NCBI GenBank assembly: GCA_015680685.1
Contig: MNCI01001065.1
Coordinates: 202,029 to 266,028 of the forward strand
Reading direction: 5' to 3'
Origin: Gnetum montanum
Taxonomy: Eukaryota > Plantae > Gnetophyta
Length of the DNA stretch: 64,000 nt
Below, in pieces: positions 1 through 13,657 of the stretch. How positions within the stretch are numbered: position 1 is the stretch's first letter; each line of letters starts with the position of its first letter. The notes under the pieces were generated by a model. It ran no database searches and was not told the origin of the DNA. It worked only from the letters and a program-made list of their open reading frames with translations. A program made the position numbers and the translations under genes.

Positions 1-1950
1 AAAACTGGTGTTCACGACAACAAGAGTGAACACTTTATACATTTGACATCAGGCCTTATTTGGCAGCTAAGAGAGAAGAGAGAAGAAGTCTGCTACTGCC
101 AACGCCAAGATTGCACCTTTTGTTGTCCATCCATAAGCACGCCATCAATCTNGTAGGGGTTAGGAGAAAATTGAAAAAATTGGACTAGGACCCCCATGAC
201 TGAGAGCAAACCTCCGGTAGCGATAGAATGGATGAAAACGATAAGGAATAAGAAAGACAAATAAAAAGAGACAACTATAACGTTGATGAAATAAATGTCT
301 AGATGGAAATGAACAAAATAAGGTTGATTACAAAAATGTTAAGGGAAAGAAATTAACTGATGCACCAACGAGGAATGCCAGTGGGTCCTCCCTAAAGCAG
401 GTTCATGCCCTTGATGCCCTGACAAACCCACATTCAAAGAGTCCGTAGGCTCTGGGAATGTCATTTGGAACAAGAGTTAAAGTCTTAACCAAAAGAATTT
501 ACCACAAAGAAAACAATGTGTCAACCAAAATATACACTAATGATACAATTGGCAATGAGATGAACAATGAAGAAAGAATGATGGAAAGAAGATAATGGAA
601 TGGAGTCTCAAGAACAAGGTGGTGTACCACCCCTTATGTATTTAATGATTAATGTGACTTAGTAGATCCCATTCCAAATCCAGCCTCAAACAACCCACAT
701 TCAGTGACTTCGCATTAATACATTCAGTCCATCCATCCACTTGAACTAACAAGAATGCATCCCTCAAAGAGCCACCACCATTCCGACGAAACAAGGGAGG
801 AAAAAGTAGGAAGTGGGGAAGGGCCTTAGTTAGAGGGAACATGTTTTTAGTTCCATAACTAGTGCTTGTAGCCCAGATGATTATTTCTTCTAAGGGGTGT
901 GCTTTGAATCCTCACTATTTTTATTTTTATTTTTGGGTTTTATGTGTTTATACGTGAGAACCACACCATGCAAAGACTTTTTATTTTTATTTTTATTTAC
1001 TCAACTTCCCAATAATTGGGTAACGTCGAAACGGTAAGAAAGCTCAAGAAGAAAACATCCAAGCACCCAAGAGAATGNNNNNNNNNNNNNNNNNNNNNNN
1101 NNNNNNNNNNNNNNNNNNNNNNNNNNNNNNNNNNNNNNNNNNNNNNNNNNNNNNNNNNNNNNNNNNNNNNNNNNNNNNNNNNNNNNNNNNNNNNNNNNNN
1201 NNNNNNNNNNNNNNNNNNNNNNNNNNNNNNNNNNNNNNNNNNNNNNNNNNNNNNNNNNNNNNNNNNNNNNNNNNNNNNNNNNNNNNNNNNNNNNNNNNNN
1301 NNNNNNNNNNNNNNNNNNNNNNNNNNNNNNNNNNNNNNNNNNNNNNNNNNNNNNNNNNNNNNNNNNNNNNNNNNNNNNNNNNNNNNNNNNNNNNNNNNNN
1401 NNNNNNNNNNNNNNNNNNNNNNNNNNNNNNNNNNNNNNNNNNNNNNNNNNNNNNNNNNNNNNNNNNNNNNNNNNNNNNNNNNNNNNNNNNNNNNNNNNNN
1501 NNNNNNNNNNNNNNNNNNNNNNNNNNNNNNNNNNNNNNNNNNNNNNNNNNNNNNNNNNNNNNNNNNNNNNNNNNNNNNNNNNNNNNNNNNNNNNNNNNNN
1601 NNNNNNNNNNNNNNNNNNNNNNNNNNNNNNNNNNNNNNNNNNNNNNNNNNNNNNNNNNNNNNNNNNNNNNNNNNNNNNNNNNNNNNNNNNNNNNNNNNNN
1701 NNNNNNNNNNNNNNNNNNNNNNNNNNNNNNNNNNNNNNNNNNNNNNNNNNNNNNNNNNNNNNNNNNNNNNNNNNNNNNNNNNNNNNNNNNNNNNNNNNNN
1801 NNNNNNNNNNNNNNNNNNNNNNNNNNNNNNNNNNNNNNNNNNNNNNNNNNNNNNNNNNNNNNNNNNNNNNNNNNNNNNNNNNNNNNNNNNNNNNNNNNNN
1901 NNNNNNNNNNNNNNNNNNNNNNNNNNNNNNNNNNNNNNNNNNNNNNNNNN

Positions 1951-3043
1951 TTCTCTTGTTGTGTGGTTTCTACATATAGGCACTTTTGTATGTTAACTTC
2001 TTGAGCACACTGGTTGCATGCAGGAGATGCTGAGCATTCCTCCATGTCATCACCCTCAGTATCACTGTATGTGATGCATGAAACTTTCTTCTTCTCAATC
2101 TTTCCATAAATGTTTTCCTTAGATATTTCCAAGGAAAGATTGCAGATTCCTAGGCATGCGTTTATGGTACTTAGCCATGCCCTCCCCATTATAATTGGAA
2201 AATCCCCTTTGTTGTTGCTGACTGCTATCACTAGGAAATTAACTGAGTATGACCAACCACACACAATGGTGACAATGTCCTCCACAAGTCCCAAGGGGAC
2301 AACGATGGACTGGTCAGCCATCTCTAATTGAATATTGCTCTTCTTGAGTGGAGGCAAGTTCCAAGCTTTATACATTTCTTGCGATATTAAGTTGAATTTA
2401 GAACCTGAGTCAAGAAGAGCCTTACGTGGTTCATTCCCAGCAACTTGGAGGTAGATTAAGGGACTCCCAGGATCAAAGAGTTTCCTAGGAAGATGGCCCA
2501 CCTTTATCCAGTCAATGATGATATGTGTTAACATAATCGTATGCGTTGAGCACTATTGTTGGTTTGAAGGGAGCTCCGAAGCCTTAATTAATGGAGAAAC
2601 ATTTAGAGGCTCAACCACTTGTGGTTGTGAGAGCTTGTTTGGGCTTTTGGTTCTGAAGAAAGGTCTTCTCTTTGTATGGTTGTCAAAAAAATAAATAGGT
2701 TGAAGGTTTACAGCTCTCATAGCATTACGTTGCTGCAGTTGAGTGGGGAGCTCCCCTTGCATCGTTGGAGCGGGTGGTAGTGGAACTATTGACGTAAGAG
2801 ATGCAGATGGATTCGGAGGATGGTATGCATGTGGAGTGTCTCTTCCAAGAGAGGGAGTCCTAAAATACTGCCAAACTTGGTAGTAATGTTGTGGGGTTAC
2901 GTGACCCATAGAGTCACTTGGAGAAACCAGCTGCTGCATGTAATAACCATATGGATCTGGTTGTCGGTAAGGGTATTGTTGCCTAGGCGGTGGCATCCCC
3001 CATGACTGTGGGTATTGCCACTACCAGTGTTGCTCCATAGGTT
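1951..3043 (-). pseudogene. gag C-terminus and aspartic protease of copy 1
   Basis: ORF 1044..2534 contains KALLDSGSKFNLIS (D-S-G active site), QLEMADQSIVVPLGLVEDI and FPIIMGRAWLST, typical of Ty3/gypsy proteases. An upstream Pro/Gln-rich ORF lies at 2553..2996. Confidence 0.9.
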
Positions 3044-3080
3044 NTCCTTAGGCATATGTCCCAAGGGTTCTCCTGGTTTT

Positions 3081-5348
3081 TGTTGGCACATTTGGCCATT
3101 CCATGGAGCAGGATTTATAAGGTTATGGTGATTCTTTTTTTTTTTTTGAAAAATGTAAAAGAGATTCTTGGGATTATGTTTCTTCCCCAAGATTTTGCTA
3201 ATTGGTTCACATCCCCAAAGATATGGTTGGTTGAGTGTCCAAAAAGGGTCTTGTTCAACGTGCATCAACCAATACACGAAAGATCGGAGTCTACTGTTTT
3301 GCATCTAAAAAAAATCGAAAAATATACCATCGACTTTAGGAATAGGGGAAAATTGAAAATTAAACCAAGGTAAGGAGACCACGCTGCGCAGTCGCTGCCA
3401 CTGAGAATTGTGAGACCGATCCATAGAGATGGATGCACAGAAAAATGGTGACGGTAGTAGCAACGCAAGAGCAGGAGAGCACACCCACGGAGACCGAGGA
3501 TGATCATTGGGGGCAGCCGCGGCACATTCGGGCCATTTACGGTCGCCTGCAAAATCGCGGCCCTAATTCGTTGAAAATCGCGGCCCTCATTCATAGATTC
3601 TATTTGGGCGTTCTGGGGAATGCGTGGGTCAGTGGGTGCGCAGAGGCCGCGAAAATACTGCAAAAGCTCGCAAAAACCTATCTTCCTGTGCGGCAAAGGC
3701 CGTGGCACAGCAGGAAGCTTCAACAACAACATCAATGGTGGAATCTACAGACGGCCTGCTCTGTTGGAGCCGTTTCGAGAGAAGAAGAAATTTGTTTTGC
3801 TGCAGCTGCCGCTGCCGCGTCTTCATCATCATCAAGGTCAAGTGTAGCTGAGACTACGGTGGACCCGTGGTTTGTGAAATACGCAAACGCAAGAAGCAGA
3901 AACCCAAACCCAAATCGAAATCTACGTTTTTGGGGGTTCTATCCCACGCATCCACAAATACACTGCAGAAAAAATAATAATAAAACAGAGGACGAAAGGC
4001 AGAGAGCGAAGGGCAAACAACGAGCAGGCGAGTTTCTGGTTCATCCCTGCAACTTCAAAAAAAATTTTGTGCAGTTATTTCATCGCTAAAACAGGGCTTC
4101 TTCCTTCCGAAAGATTCATTTCGAATTTTAGGCGGTATGACCTGCAACTTACCTTCAAATAGCTACCATGACCGATGCCGATGCATTCGGCATCGCATAT
4201 CAGTCTGATGGATAAGGCAACAGGGACACGGGACCACACATCAGGATAACTGTCCATAGATAATTCTAACCGATGCTTGTGAACCGGTGGATAAAATTTA
4301 AAAATTTTAAATAATCTATAATACTATATACACTAAGTATGAACCTCCATTTATAAATTTACCTTTTCTAATTTATCAAGACTTCAAAAAAATAGTGTTG
4401 GTTAAAATATTATATAAGCACCTACAAATATTTGTAATAATCTTCACTTGTTTATGATATTTTAAACATGTTCATCATATTTAAAAATATGTATAACTTC
4501 CAAAGACATAAATCTCTCCTAATTACATTTATAACTTCCTAAATAAATCCTTCTTAATTAAATGAGTAAGTTGTAACCTCCTTACTTGGAGAGATATTTT
4601 CAAGATTATTTTGGATATTTGGAAATTTTAACTTTACATCTCAATTCCTATACTTCCAAGGCCACTTGTCAATTTCTTTTTCCTCTTTGGTGGTTGCAAC
4701 CACCCAAAAATTGTTGTAACTTACCTAACTTGTTGGGCAAGNNNNNNNNNNNNNNNNNNNNNNNNNNNNNNNNNNNNNNNNNNNNNNNNNNNNNNNNNNN
4801 NNNNNNNNNNNNNNNNNNNNNNNNNNNNNNNNNNNNNNNNNNNNNNNNNNNNNNNNNNNNNNNNNNNNNNNNNNNNNNNNNNNNNNNNNNNNNNNNNNNN
4901 NNNNNNNNNNNNNNNNNNNNNNNNNNNNNNNNNNNNNNNNNNNNNNNNNNNNNNNNNNNNNNNNNNNNNNNNNNNNNNNNNNNNNNNNNNNNNNNNNNNN
5001 NNNNNNNNNNNNNNNNNNNNNNNNNNNNNNNNNNNNNNNNNNNNNNNNNNNNNNNNNNNNNNNNNNNNNNNNNNNNNNNNNNNNNNNNNNNNNNNNNNNN
5101 NNNNNNNNNNNNNNNNNNNNNNNNNNNNNNNNNNNNNNNNNNNNNNNNNNNNNNNNNNNNNNNNNNNNNNNNNNNNNNNNNNNNNNNNNNNNNNNNNNNN
5201 NNNNNNNNNNNNNNNNNNNNNNNNNNNNNNNNNNNNNNNNNNNNNNNNNNNNNNNNNNNNNNNNNNNNNNNNNNNNNNNNNNNNNNNNNNNNNNNNNNNN
5301 NNNNNNNNNNNNNNNNNNNNNNNNNNNNNNNNNNNNNNNNNNNNNNNN
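3081..5348. mobile_element. Insertion into gag of copy 1, probably LTR-derived (right end hidden in N gap)
   Basis: The gag sequence ...catgaaac|caggagaaccc... (contiguous at ~21411-21430 in copy 2) is split here. The insert begins TGTTGG at 3081 and is flanked by GTTTT (3076-3080) and GTTTC (5349-5353), a 5-bp TSD with one mismatch. Confidence 0.65.
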
Positions 5349-6736
5349 GTTTCATGTCTTATCCCATCTACAAGATGGCATAGTTGATCTCGTTGTGCGT
5401 AACCATGGCATGGGCAATCATGTAGCAGTGCATAATATCGGCCAATGGCAGCATCCAAGGGTTCGTGATTACACTACTTCCATCCTTGGATCTGTTTTCA
5501 CAAGTTGGACACTCTAGAGTACGTTTGATATTTATCGTTGAACAGTTCTAACATCACACTCCACCTCCTAATGGTTTCCAATTCTAAGGATCAGTACCAG
5601 CTTTCCGCTTCCTTTACAAGTGTCCTAGGAAACAACTTTAACTTTTGCCACTCATTTTTGATATTCTGCAAGGCACAAGCATCGTGAAATGCCTGTAAGT
5701 GGTTTTGCGGATCAGCGTTGTATCCCCCTTCAAACCATGGGATATTATTCATGTCTAGTCTCTTGATCCGGCTATCTTTCTGGTGCCTTGTAGGTATTCT
5801 AATGGCCTCTGTAATGTCTAACATACTTAGGGTGGCAAGTAGGGGTTCATCATTGTCATTTCTTTCATGGCGTCTATGATGCCTACGCAGTTTCCTACTT
5901 TCCCTTCTTCCATGCCTAGATTCTCTAGAATGCCCTCGTCCTCACTCTCAACTCTCTAGTTGAGGTCTCTCATCTTACTTACCCTTATCCTCACGGTTGG
6001 GCTCTTTGTGACTACGTCCTGATGTGGAAGGAGAGGGTGAGTGATGCAATGAAGGAGAAGAGGAAGGAGAACCATCGCCATGACGATGTTTCCTACCTTC
6101 TCTTCGATGATCCCGACCCCGATCGTGATGACGATCAGAATGCTCGTCCTTATCTTGTGTTTGTGTTCCCTCATTGAACACTTGGTGTTTGTAGGCATCA
6201 AAACTAGGGTTGTGTATCATGGAGCGAAGGTTCTGATACACCACCTCCTCACTATTGTTAGGAGGGGGAACATCATTTTTTGGAGAACCTATTGAGATAG
6301 GTTCACCACCCTTAATTTCTCTTATGACAGGCGAAACATTATGGGGTCCTTTGCCCTTCAACAATGTATGGTAACTCTCCTGCCGTGCATCCCATAGATG
6401 TTGCGCCACTGTGGGATGGTAATCTCTTGTGTCATAATCACATGCAACGTATTCAGCGTATAGCTGCATCATGTCTATCTGTGCAAGAGCACGAAGGAGC
6501 ATGTTAGGGACTGCCCGATCTGGGGGTAACACTATGTTACCTTATAGATCTCTCAAGCGCAGTTGTTCCTCTTGGTGGAGGATAAAGGTAAAATCAGGTA
6601 TATACTCATCATGATGAGTATACACTACCCGATTCTATTGAGGAACTAGCAGTTCTTGGTTATGTATGTTGTGCTACCGACTATCTCTTGTGTGTTCCCT
6701 AGGTGGTGAAGTGCTTTTATGAGAAGAAGAAGACAT
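5349..6736 (-). pseudogene. Athila-type gag (stops and frameshifts), copy 1
   Basis: Fragments IPWFEGGYNADPQNHLQAFHDAC...KLKLFPRTLVKEAESWY and DAAIGRYYALLHDCPCHGY match the retrotransposon gag capsid domain. Homologous to 20034-21420. Confidence 0.88.
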
Positions 6737-6862
6737 TGTTATTTTGTCGGTGTGCTATTGACTGTTGTTTAAATTTTCTTCTGATTAACCCTAAGGGTTC
6801 GTTTAAGCTTCCCAATGATGTGGATGATTTCCTATGTTCTACTTAGCGCACAAACAACTTAG

Positions 6863-6880
6863 TCCCCGACAACAGCGCCA
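6863..6880 (-). promoter_or_regulatory. Primer binding site complementary to the tRNA-Asp 3' end
   Basis: Minus strand TGGCGCTGTTGTCGGGGA lies 1 nt after the LTR end. It differs at two positions from TGGCGCCGTTGCCGGGGA, the tRNA-Asp PBS characteristic of Athila. Confidence 0.85.
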
Positions 6881-6881
6881 A

Positions 6882-7704
6882 TGATGAGTGGTCAGTTACC
6901 CCTACACTCAACCATACAAATACGAGCGTTACACATGCGATCTGGTCGAACTCCACAGACTAAGTGCCTACACGCCTTATGGAATACTTAAGGTTAATCA
7001 TTCATTGTCTTCCCAGACTTACTTGTATTTTTCATAGTTGTATGATTAAGTAAGTCTGAGGTATGTGATTTTTATGTCTTTTCTCTTTTATCGCCTATGC
7101 TAATGAGGGAAAGGGTGAAGAGACTAAGTAACTAACTTTAACTAACTAAGTTCTAATGCCTAGCATCAGTATCCATCCCACTTGCTGTCTCATACCCTAA
7201 ACCAATGTAACGCTACTGGGATTACCAAACTCTATTCGTTACTGGGATTACCAAGCATAACGCATGTGCTCGAAGCAGTCATACTAAATGCACTTAACTA
7301 GGAGTGTTAAGGGTTGAGAAAGATTAAGACCGTAAGAAAGCATTTAAATACTTAACAATAATTAGAGTTCTATTTAGCTTAGTCCATGCACTACAAGGTT
7401 TATCCAAAAGTTTGTCTTTATTTCCGTACACAAACGTGTGCTCAGGTACAATATTTTCTCAAATAAAGATCCGTTCACTTTGGGACTCCTACTGCGGGCA
7501 CATGGAAATTATTCTAACTCTGGAATGGAGATATGGCAAGAGTTTGCTAAGGTCTAGATCTAGATGGAGAAACAAGGGAGAGCCACCTCTTATTTATAAA
7601 ACTGGCAGTGGACTGCGATATCGCGTACATGATATCATAGGGAAGGACGTGATATTGTAGGGAAGGACGCGATATCGTGACCTATGCGATATCGCGTCCC
7701 ATCA
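6882..7704 (-). repeat. 5' LTR of copy 1 (823 bp)
   Basis: TGATG...CATCA termini; homologous along its length to 19084-19887 and 25035-25843; GCGATATCGC array at ~7614-7697. Confidence 0.92.
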
Positions 7705-7749
7705 ACTAGGTATATCAAAAAGATTCTACATCACTTAACCTATTTATAG

Positions 7750-9300
7750 TAGTCTATCCAGAATATCTTCGTGCTTTGTAGAACTCATTGAGGCTCCATT
7801 AAGCATTTGAGTATCTTGTGCTCTACAGATATCAACTAGTGGCACAAAAGGTATGTTGAAGGATTTCTTGATGTGATCAATGATGACCTCTATGGCTCTT
7901 GCTGCATCCTAGTGTTACATAACCACAACAATGGCACCTTCACCAATTTCAAGTATGACTTGGAATGATGTAACATTCCTAGATATATGTTGCATTCAAT
8001 CATCCTCTTCTCCTACTTAGAGTAATAATTGTCCAGTATCTACATCTGTGGATAATTTGGGCCTTACAGAGAACTCCCATACTTTGTACAAATTAGCCCC
8101 CTTCCTTGTTCCCCAACTTTTTATTTTAACAACATGTTGCAGATGACTCATGGATGGTCAATAATCCTACATCGGTGATGGTGGTACTTCTTGCTATTAT
8201 TGTTGTTGCTGCTATTTCTTAGCTTGGGGTTAGCTACTAGGTCCTACTTTTTGTTGCTAACTAGTAGCTAGAATGCTACCGGTAACAGTGGTACCTATAG
8301 CTCCCTTAATGCCTACTAATTTTTCCACTTGATCCAACTTTGGTGGTATCATCTTGAATATTTCTACAAAGGAAGCATTCTAGACCTTCCTAGGGATATC
8401 ATTGGTGTACCCTAGGATTCTAACTTGCTTGCATGACTTCCTAATGAGGCAATGGAATGGAAACGTTAGCTTCCATGCCTTCTTTTCTTCAAACCACCCT
8501 TGGATCTCAAGGAAGAGTAAATGGGCAATGTTAGAGTTAAATTTTTCCATTAGAATGGCACTTCCTCTAGCTACATATGTGGATATCCTATTGAGCCTCT
8601 TTGTTAAAAACAAGTGGTAGATGCTAATTTTAAAGTATATCATTTCCTCAACTATGAGCTTGCTGTAATCTTTGTCTTCTTTACCATATGCCCTATGAAA
8701 ACACAAACTTTTTGCATCAATATTAGATCTTATTCAGATCTATGCCAAATTTTTCCTTTCATTTGGGATGTTGAGGCCCTTGGCAATTACCTCCACTAAG
8801 TAATATAAAGAAACTCCTTTGATTTTGACTATTGCATTGGCCTATTTATTTTTCCAGAATTTGTACATTTCTTCTAAGTACCTTTCACCACTATTGGATA
8901 GTATGGGCCATAAAGGAGACACTTGAAGTTGTGCCTTCACTACTTCTAGAGCGAATTACATAAAAGGACCAAAGTTCAATTCCACAATGACTATGGACAT
9001 GATGGACTTTTCTTATATTATTTGAAGGTATTCAAGAGATAAGGTGAGGCATTGCTCTTATTCAAGCACTAGTGGAACTTCTACCTCTTCTTGGGCTGGG
9101 TGCTTAGTAGTAGGAGTTTGTTATGGATGTTATATGATTGAGCCTCCTACTCTATGTGTTCCTCTTAGAGAGTTTGTTCTCTTTCTTGGCCTCTCTTGAG
9201 GCCTCTTGGTCTCTTGATCCCATATTGGGAAGGTCCTTCAGCTATTGGTCTCTATGGGGCCATCTACAATCAACAAAGGTTTAAAATTATTAAAGTGTTT
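7750..9300 (-). pseudogene. Probable decayed extra (env-like) ORF of the host Athila element
   Basis: Coding-like remnants (e.g. ORF 8380..8706) lie downstream of integrase in the same orientation, where Athila elements carry an env-like ORF. No diagnostic motif recognised; boundaries approximate. Confidence 0.4.
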
Positions 9301-11559
9301 ACATCAGTTCTTAATAGTTCTTTATCTTTCTCATACCCTTAGTTAGATGAAGTTCTTATCTTATCATGATTGCAGAGTTAGAAAAGTCTCAAAAAGAAAC
9401 CCCTTAGGTGTTATATCATTACTTACTTATGATGTTCCATAGTGATCATTTTCTTACTTATTATGATATAAAATAGTTGGTATGATCCATTAGGAAAATT
9501 AACTAAGTCCTTTTGGCTTAAGTTTAATTGATTAACTATAAGGTTCTTACTATCTCTTATACTTATGCTTTATGGTATCTTTCAAGTGTTAGAAATATTT
9601 TGGCTCAAATTTCTTAATGTCAATGCAGTGTACCCCCACTAACGATACCCCCCTCCCCACCCCCCATGACTATGTTGAGTAGTCTAGAATTAATAAGGTT
9701 CAAGAATTTTAAAAATTAGAGCTATGGGGATGAATTTATGGCCTTGGGAAGTTAGTGTGAAAGAGCTTTGAGAAAAAGCTACAAAAACTTTTCTTGCTAC
9801 AAATGAGAGGAATGAAAAATTTTACTAACTCCCAAGCGTATATATACTATTCTTTATTAGTACAACATCATAGATGCAACATTGTAGGGGTTACGACATC
9901 ACTATCAAAATTTTCAAATTTCTCATCGAATTTTTTAGGAAAAATAAGTCAAATGGAATGTTTGGAACATGTGAAGCTTATCTAAAGGGTCTTGGACCAT
10001 TAATGATGCACAGTTTTTGAAATTTTGGCATTCAAAGTTCATAAGGAAGGAATTTTGGCCAACAAAAGTTTATTGAATGAATAGGAGATGGGTTATGAGT
10101 TTCAAATGTATGGATACATTATTTGATGATATAGGAAGTATTTATTAGATCTTGGTGATTTTGGAAGACACAATATGATGTGGAATTACTTGTCAAGTAT
10201 GAAATACAAGAGTTATACAAGTGGGTCCTCACTGAAAGTAGGCTCTAGCTCTTAGTGCCCTTGTATAAACATTCCCAAAAATGTCCTTAAGTACTCAAGG
10301 AGTTGAATGTAATCCATACTTGTCTAGCAAAAAACCCATGTTAGTATCGCAAGATTAGAAAAATAACACTATATTACATAAAACCATAGAGTTATGTTTA
10401 AATATATAGTGAGGTAAGATGAAATTGTAGAAGGGATTGCTGAAAATGAGACATGACGTATCATACCATAGGCATAATGAATCCTTAAGTGTGATCAGTG
10501 GTTAAGATAATCATTAGCCCTTATTTCCAAGATTCAAACCAAGTCCAAACCACTTTCCAGTGACATCACATTGTTTCATCTATGGAATTCACAGCCATAA
10601 GACTACCATTATTGAAAGGAGTATTACCTCTTGACATGTTGTTCAAAGAAGGAATTTATTCATTGCACTTTTTTATTTTTGAGATTCTTGAGAAGCTACC
10701 TACATTTAGGCATGGGTAAGATTTCTTTATAGTGGGACCCCCAGAAATTTATTTTGTGCATGGATTTTATTTTTGACTATGTTAACCTTACTAGAGGACT
10801 ACCTTCAAGCATGGGTAACATGTCTTTCCAATGACATGATAAGGCAGCACTTATTGTACTCTTACTTCCATTTTTTATTAAATCTACAAGGATATAATAC
10901 ATCCTTAACAACAGGATAGAGCTCATAGCAATAATCCAAGAGAATCTACAAATCCCCTTGATGTCATGCCCTTTGCGTTCAAACTTGGTTCTCCACTCTT
11001 CTATCCAAGCATAATGATCACAGGTTTATTCTTAGTTTTATTATGAGAAGAATATCATTATGGCCATGGTAAGAAACTCTTATTATTGGAATGTATGGAT
11101 GGATGTTGCAGTCTTATTATATAGGTAATCATTCCCTTATGGTTTGATAATATAGAGAAATCTTCATCTTATTGGGACTACATCTTACTTTATTCGGTAT
11201 GTTTTATTAACAATTGACAAAAACATGTACAAGTAAAATGACGAAAATGTATGAAAAATTATAAAATATATTAAGAATTAAAAACATAAAAAATGAAAAA
11301 TTATCAAAGAATTAGAAAATATGAAAGAATTAAGAAATTAAAAATATAAAAGAAGAGAAAAATATATCAAGAAGGTAGAAAAAGTAATAAGAAAGCAAAA
11401 AATTCGGAAGGTACCTATGTGTCATGATGGACACCCCCACGACTATTAGGATTAATCAACCAAAAAATTGAACACATAGAGGACATTCAAACACACTAGG
11501 TAGAATCCTTAGCAAATTTGGAATATTCATGGTAAGGTTTGACCTATTGGATGTTTACC

Positions 11560-13657
11560 AAGATAAGCTTATGTGGGCTAGATGGATGGTGAATGTGCAT
11601 CACACCAAATGGGTAAGGTTTGACCTATTACATGACTAGGATTGTAATATAGGACCTTATCACCTAACTGTATCAACACTTGTCGTATTTGTGCATTATG
11701 CCTATGCTTGGAGTATTTCTTGTGGATCTCATTACTCATTAGTGCTACTAGCTTATTTTCCTCTACTAGATTAAGATTCATTAGTCACTCTTTATGGGCT
11801 AAGCTCAGGTTCAGGTCAAGTTTGCTAGTAGTAGCTAAAGTTTGAATCTCTGTCTAGATTGGCAACATGGGTGATTTACTATAAACTAGCTCATAGGATG
11901 AATATCCAATGGGTAGTTTCCACATTGTTCTATAGGCCCATAGAGCATCATTTAACTTGGTGTCCTAATCCTTTCTAAATATACTAACCATCCTAGTTAA
12001 TATTCTAGTAATTTCATGGTTAGTTACTTCTACCTAACCATTAGCTTAGGGATGGTATGGTATGGTCAATTGATGATTCACCCCAAGTTGTTACATGAGC
12101 TTCTAAAACTAGCACCAGTAAAATGAATCCCTTTATCTAAAATAAGCATTCTCGATACTTCAAATTGATTCACCATGTATTGTTGGAAGAATATAGCAAC
12201 TATTTTGGCTATACAATCTTTGACTATTGTTGCCTCTTTCCACTTTTTGTAATAATCCACAATCACTATTATGTAAGCCTTCCCATTTGACATTGGTGTG
12301 ATGGATCCCATAAAGTCAATTATCTAGATATCAAATGGTTCTAATGGTTGTATCCATTATTGCAGCCATTCATTTTTTACCATTATTCCTCCATCTTTCT
12401 AACATCTTTCACGAGATTTTATGAGGTTATGGGCATCCTAATACAAGATAGGCCAAAATTAGTCTACCATCATCAGTTTTGGGGTTGTCCTACGTCTTGC
12501 ATAATGGCCACCACATGGGCCCTCATGTGCATCCTATAGGATTCATTGTTGATTGCATTTTGGTACACACCATCATACTAACCCATTTGCACAAATCTTG
12601 TAAAGATTCTTATTAGTCTCTATGTATCTCTTAATCTTATGAAGAAAATGTTATTTCTGTTTCTTACTTCCCTCAACATGAAGCTCTTGTGTGGTTAAAT
12701 AAGTCAGGTAATTAGCTATCCATGGCTTTCTTGTTGAGTCAACAACCATTATTATCTTAGTAAACAAGTTTCCATCATGGCACTGGTCTGATAATGATTC
12801 TTCCTAGTCTTTTGATTCACATCTCAACCTTGAAAAGTGATTAGCTACTACATTCTCTGTGCCCTTCTTGTTGATCATAGTTATGTCAAATTCTTGTAGA
12901 ATTACAAGCCATTGAATCACTCTATGACTAACCACTAGTTTGTTCATAATAAATTGAATTGCACTATGATTAGCGTGGACATAGATTAGATACCCAAGCA
13001 CATAGTGTCAAAATTTTTCTAGTGAATATACCACTGCCATAAGCTCATGTCCTATTGTGATGTAATTAAGTTGTGCCCCAATGATGCTTCTACTAGCACA
13101 ATGTATATAGTATGGTCTTGTTTGGTCATCCAATTGTGTTAGTACCACATCCAATGCATAATTCAAAGCATCTTTCATAATATGAAAAGGCTTAGACCAA
13201 TCCAGAGCTTGAAGGATTAGTGTTTTGATTAGCTTATATTTTAAGGTTTCAAATGCCTCTTCACATGATTCAGTCCACTGAAATGGTGCATCCTTCTTGG
13301 TTAGCTCTACCAATAGTTTTGTAATTTTTGAAAATTTTTCTATAAATCTTCTATAGTAACTGATGTGGCCTAAAAATGATCAAAAATCTTTGATGGTTTG
13401 TGGCATTTTGGTGATGTTCTATATAACTCTGCTTTTTTCAGGATCTACCTCTATTCCTCTTTACAAAATTTTGTGTCCTAATACGATCCCATCCCAAACC
13501 ATTAGATGGTTCTTTTGTCAGTTGACCTTTAGGTTTGTTTCTACACATCTTTTTAATACCGACTCTAAATGGTCTAATGCCTATTTGAAATCCATCCCAT
13601 ATGTTGAGAAATCATCCATAAATGCTTCAATGTTATTGCCCATCTCTTTTTGGAATT
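11560..13657 (-). pseudogene. pol remnant of the host element: RT C-terminal half, RNase H, integrase
   Basis: EAFMDDFS (~13605-13630); LTKKDAPFQWTESCEEAFETLK; DWSKPFHIMKDALNYALDVVL; NYITIGHELMAVVYSLEKF; VIQWLVILQEFD; IDFMGS...VDYYKKWKEA...DKGIHF; TKLNDALWAYRT. Many stops. Confidence 0.9.

Larger units (their letters stand above)
1..7704 (-). mobile_element. Non-autonomous Athila-lineage Ty3/gypsy LTR element (gag+protease, no visible RT/RH/INT), copy 1; 3' LTR lies outside the window
   Basis: Inverted copy of 19084-25843: 1-150 matches ~24750-24900, 153-420 matches ~24266-24520, 1951-3043 matches the protease/gag C-terminus and 5349-6736 matches gag. It has a 5' LTR at 6882-7704 with an adjacent tRNA-Asp PBS. 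It is interrupted by N gaps and an insertion at 3081-5348. Confidence 0.9.

Noticed and set aside
140-165. Apparent deletions in copy 1 relative to copy 2 at position 152 (and at 3044)
   Set aside because: Both coincide with single-N contig joins and cannot be taken as biological.
997-2004. Long ORFs consisting mostly of X (also 4586-5458 and 23658-24351)
   Set aside because: Artefacts of translating N gaps.
3629-3841. Vague resemblance to the SAC51-type conserved uORF peptide
   Set aside because: The few similar residues are in different frames and no bHLH main ORF follows.
7614-7697. CRISPR-like repeat/spacer appearance of the palindrome arrays
   Set aside because: The units are ~10-12 bp with very short spacers inside plant LTRs, and there are no cas genes.
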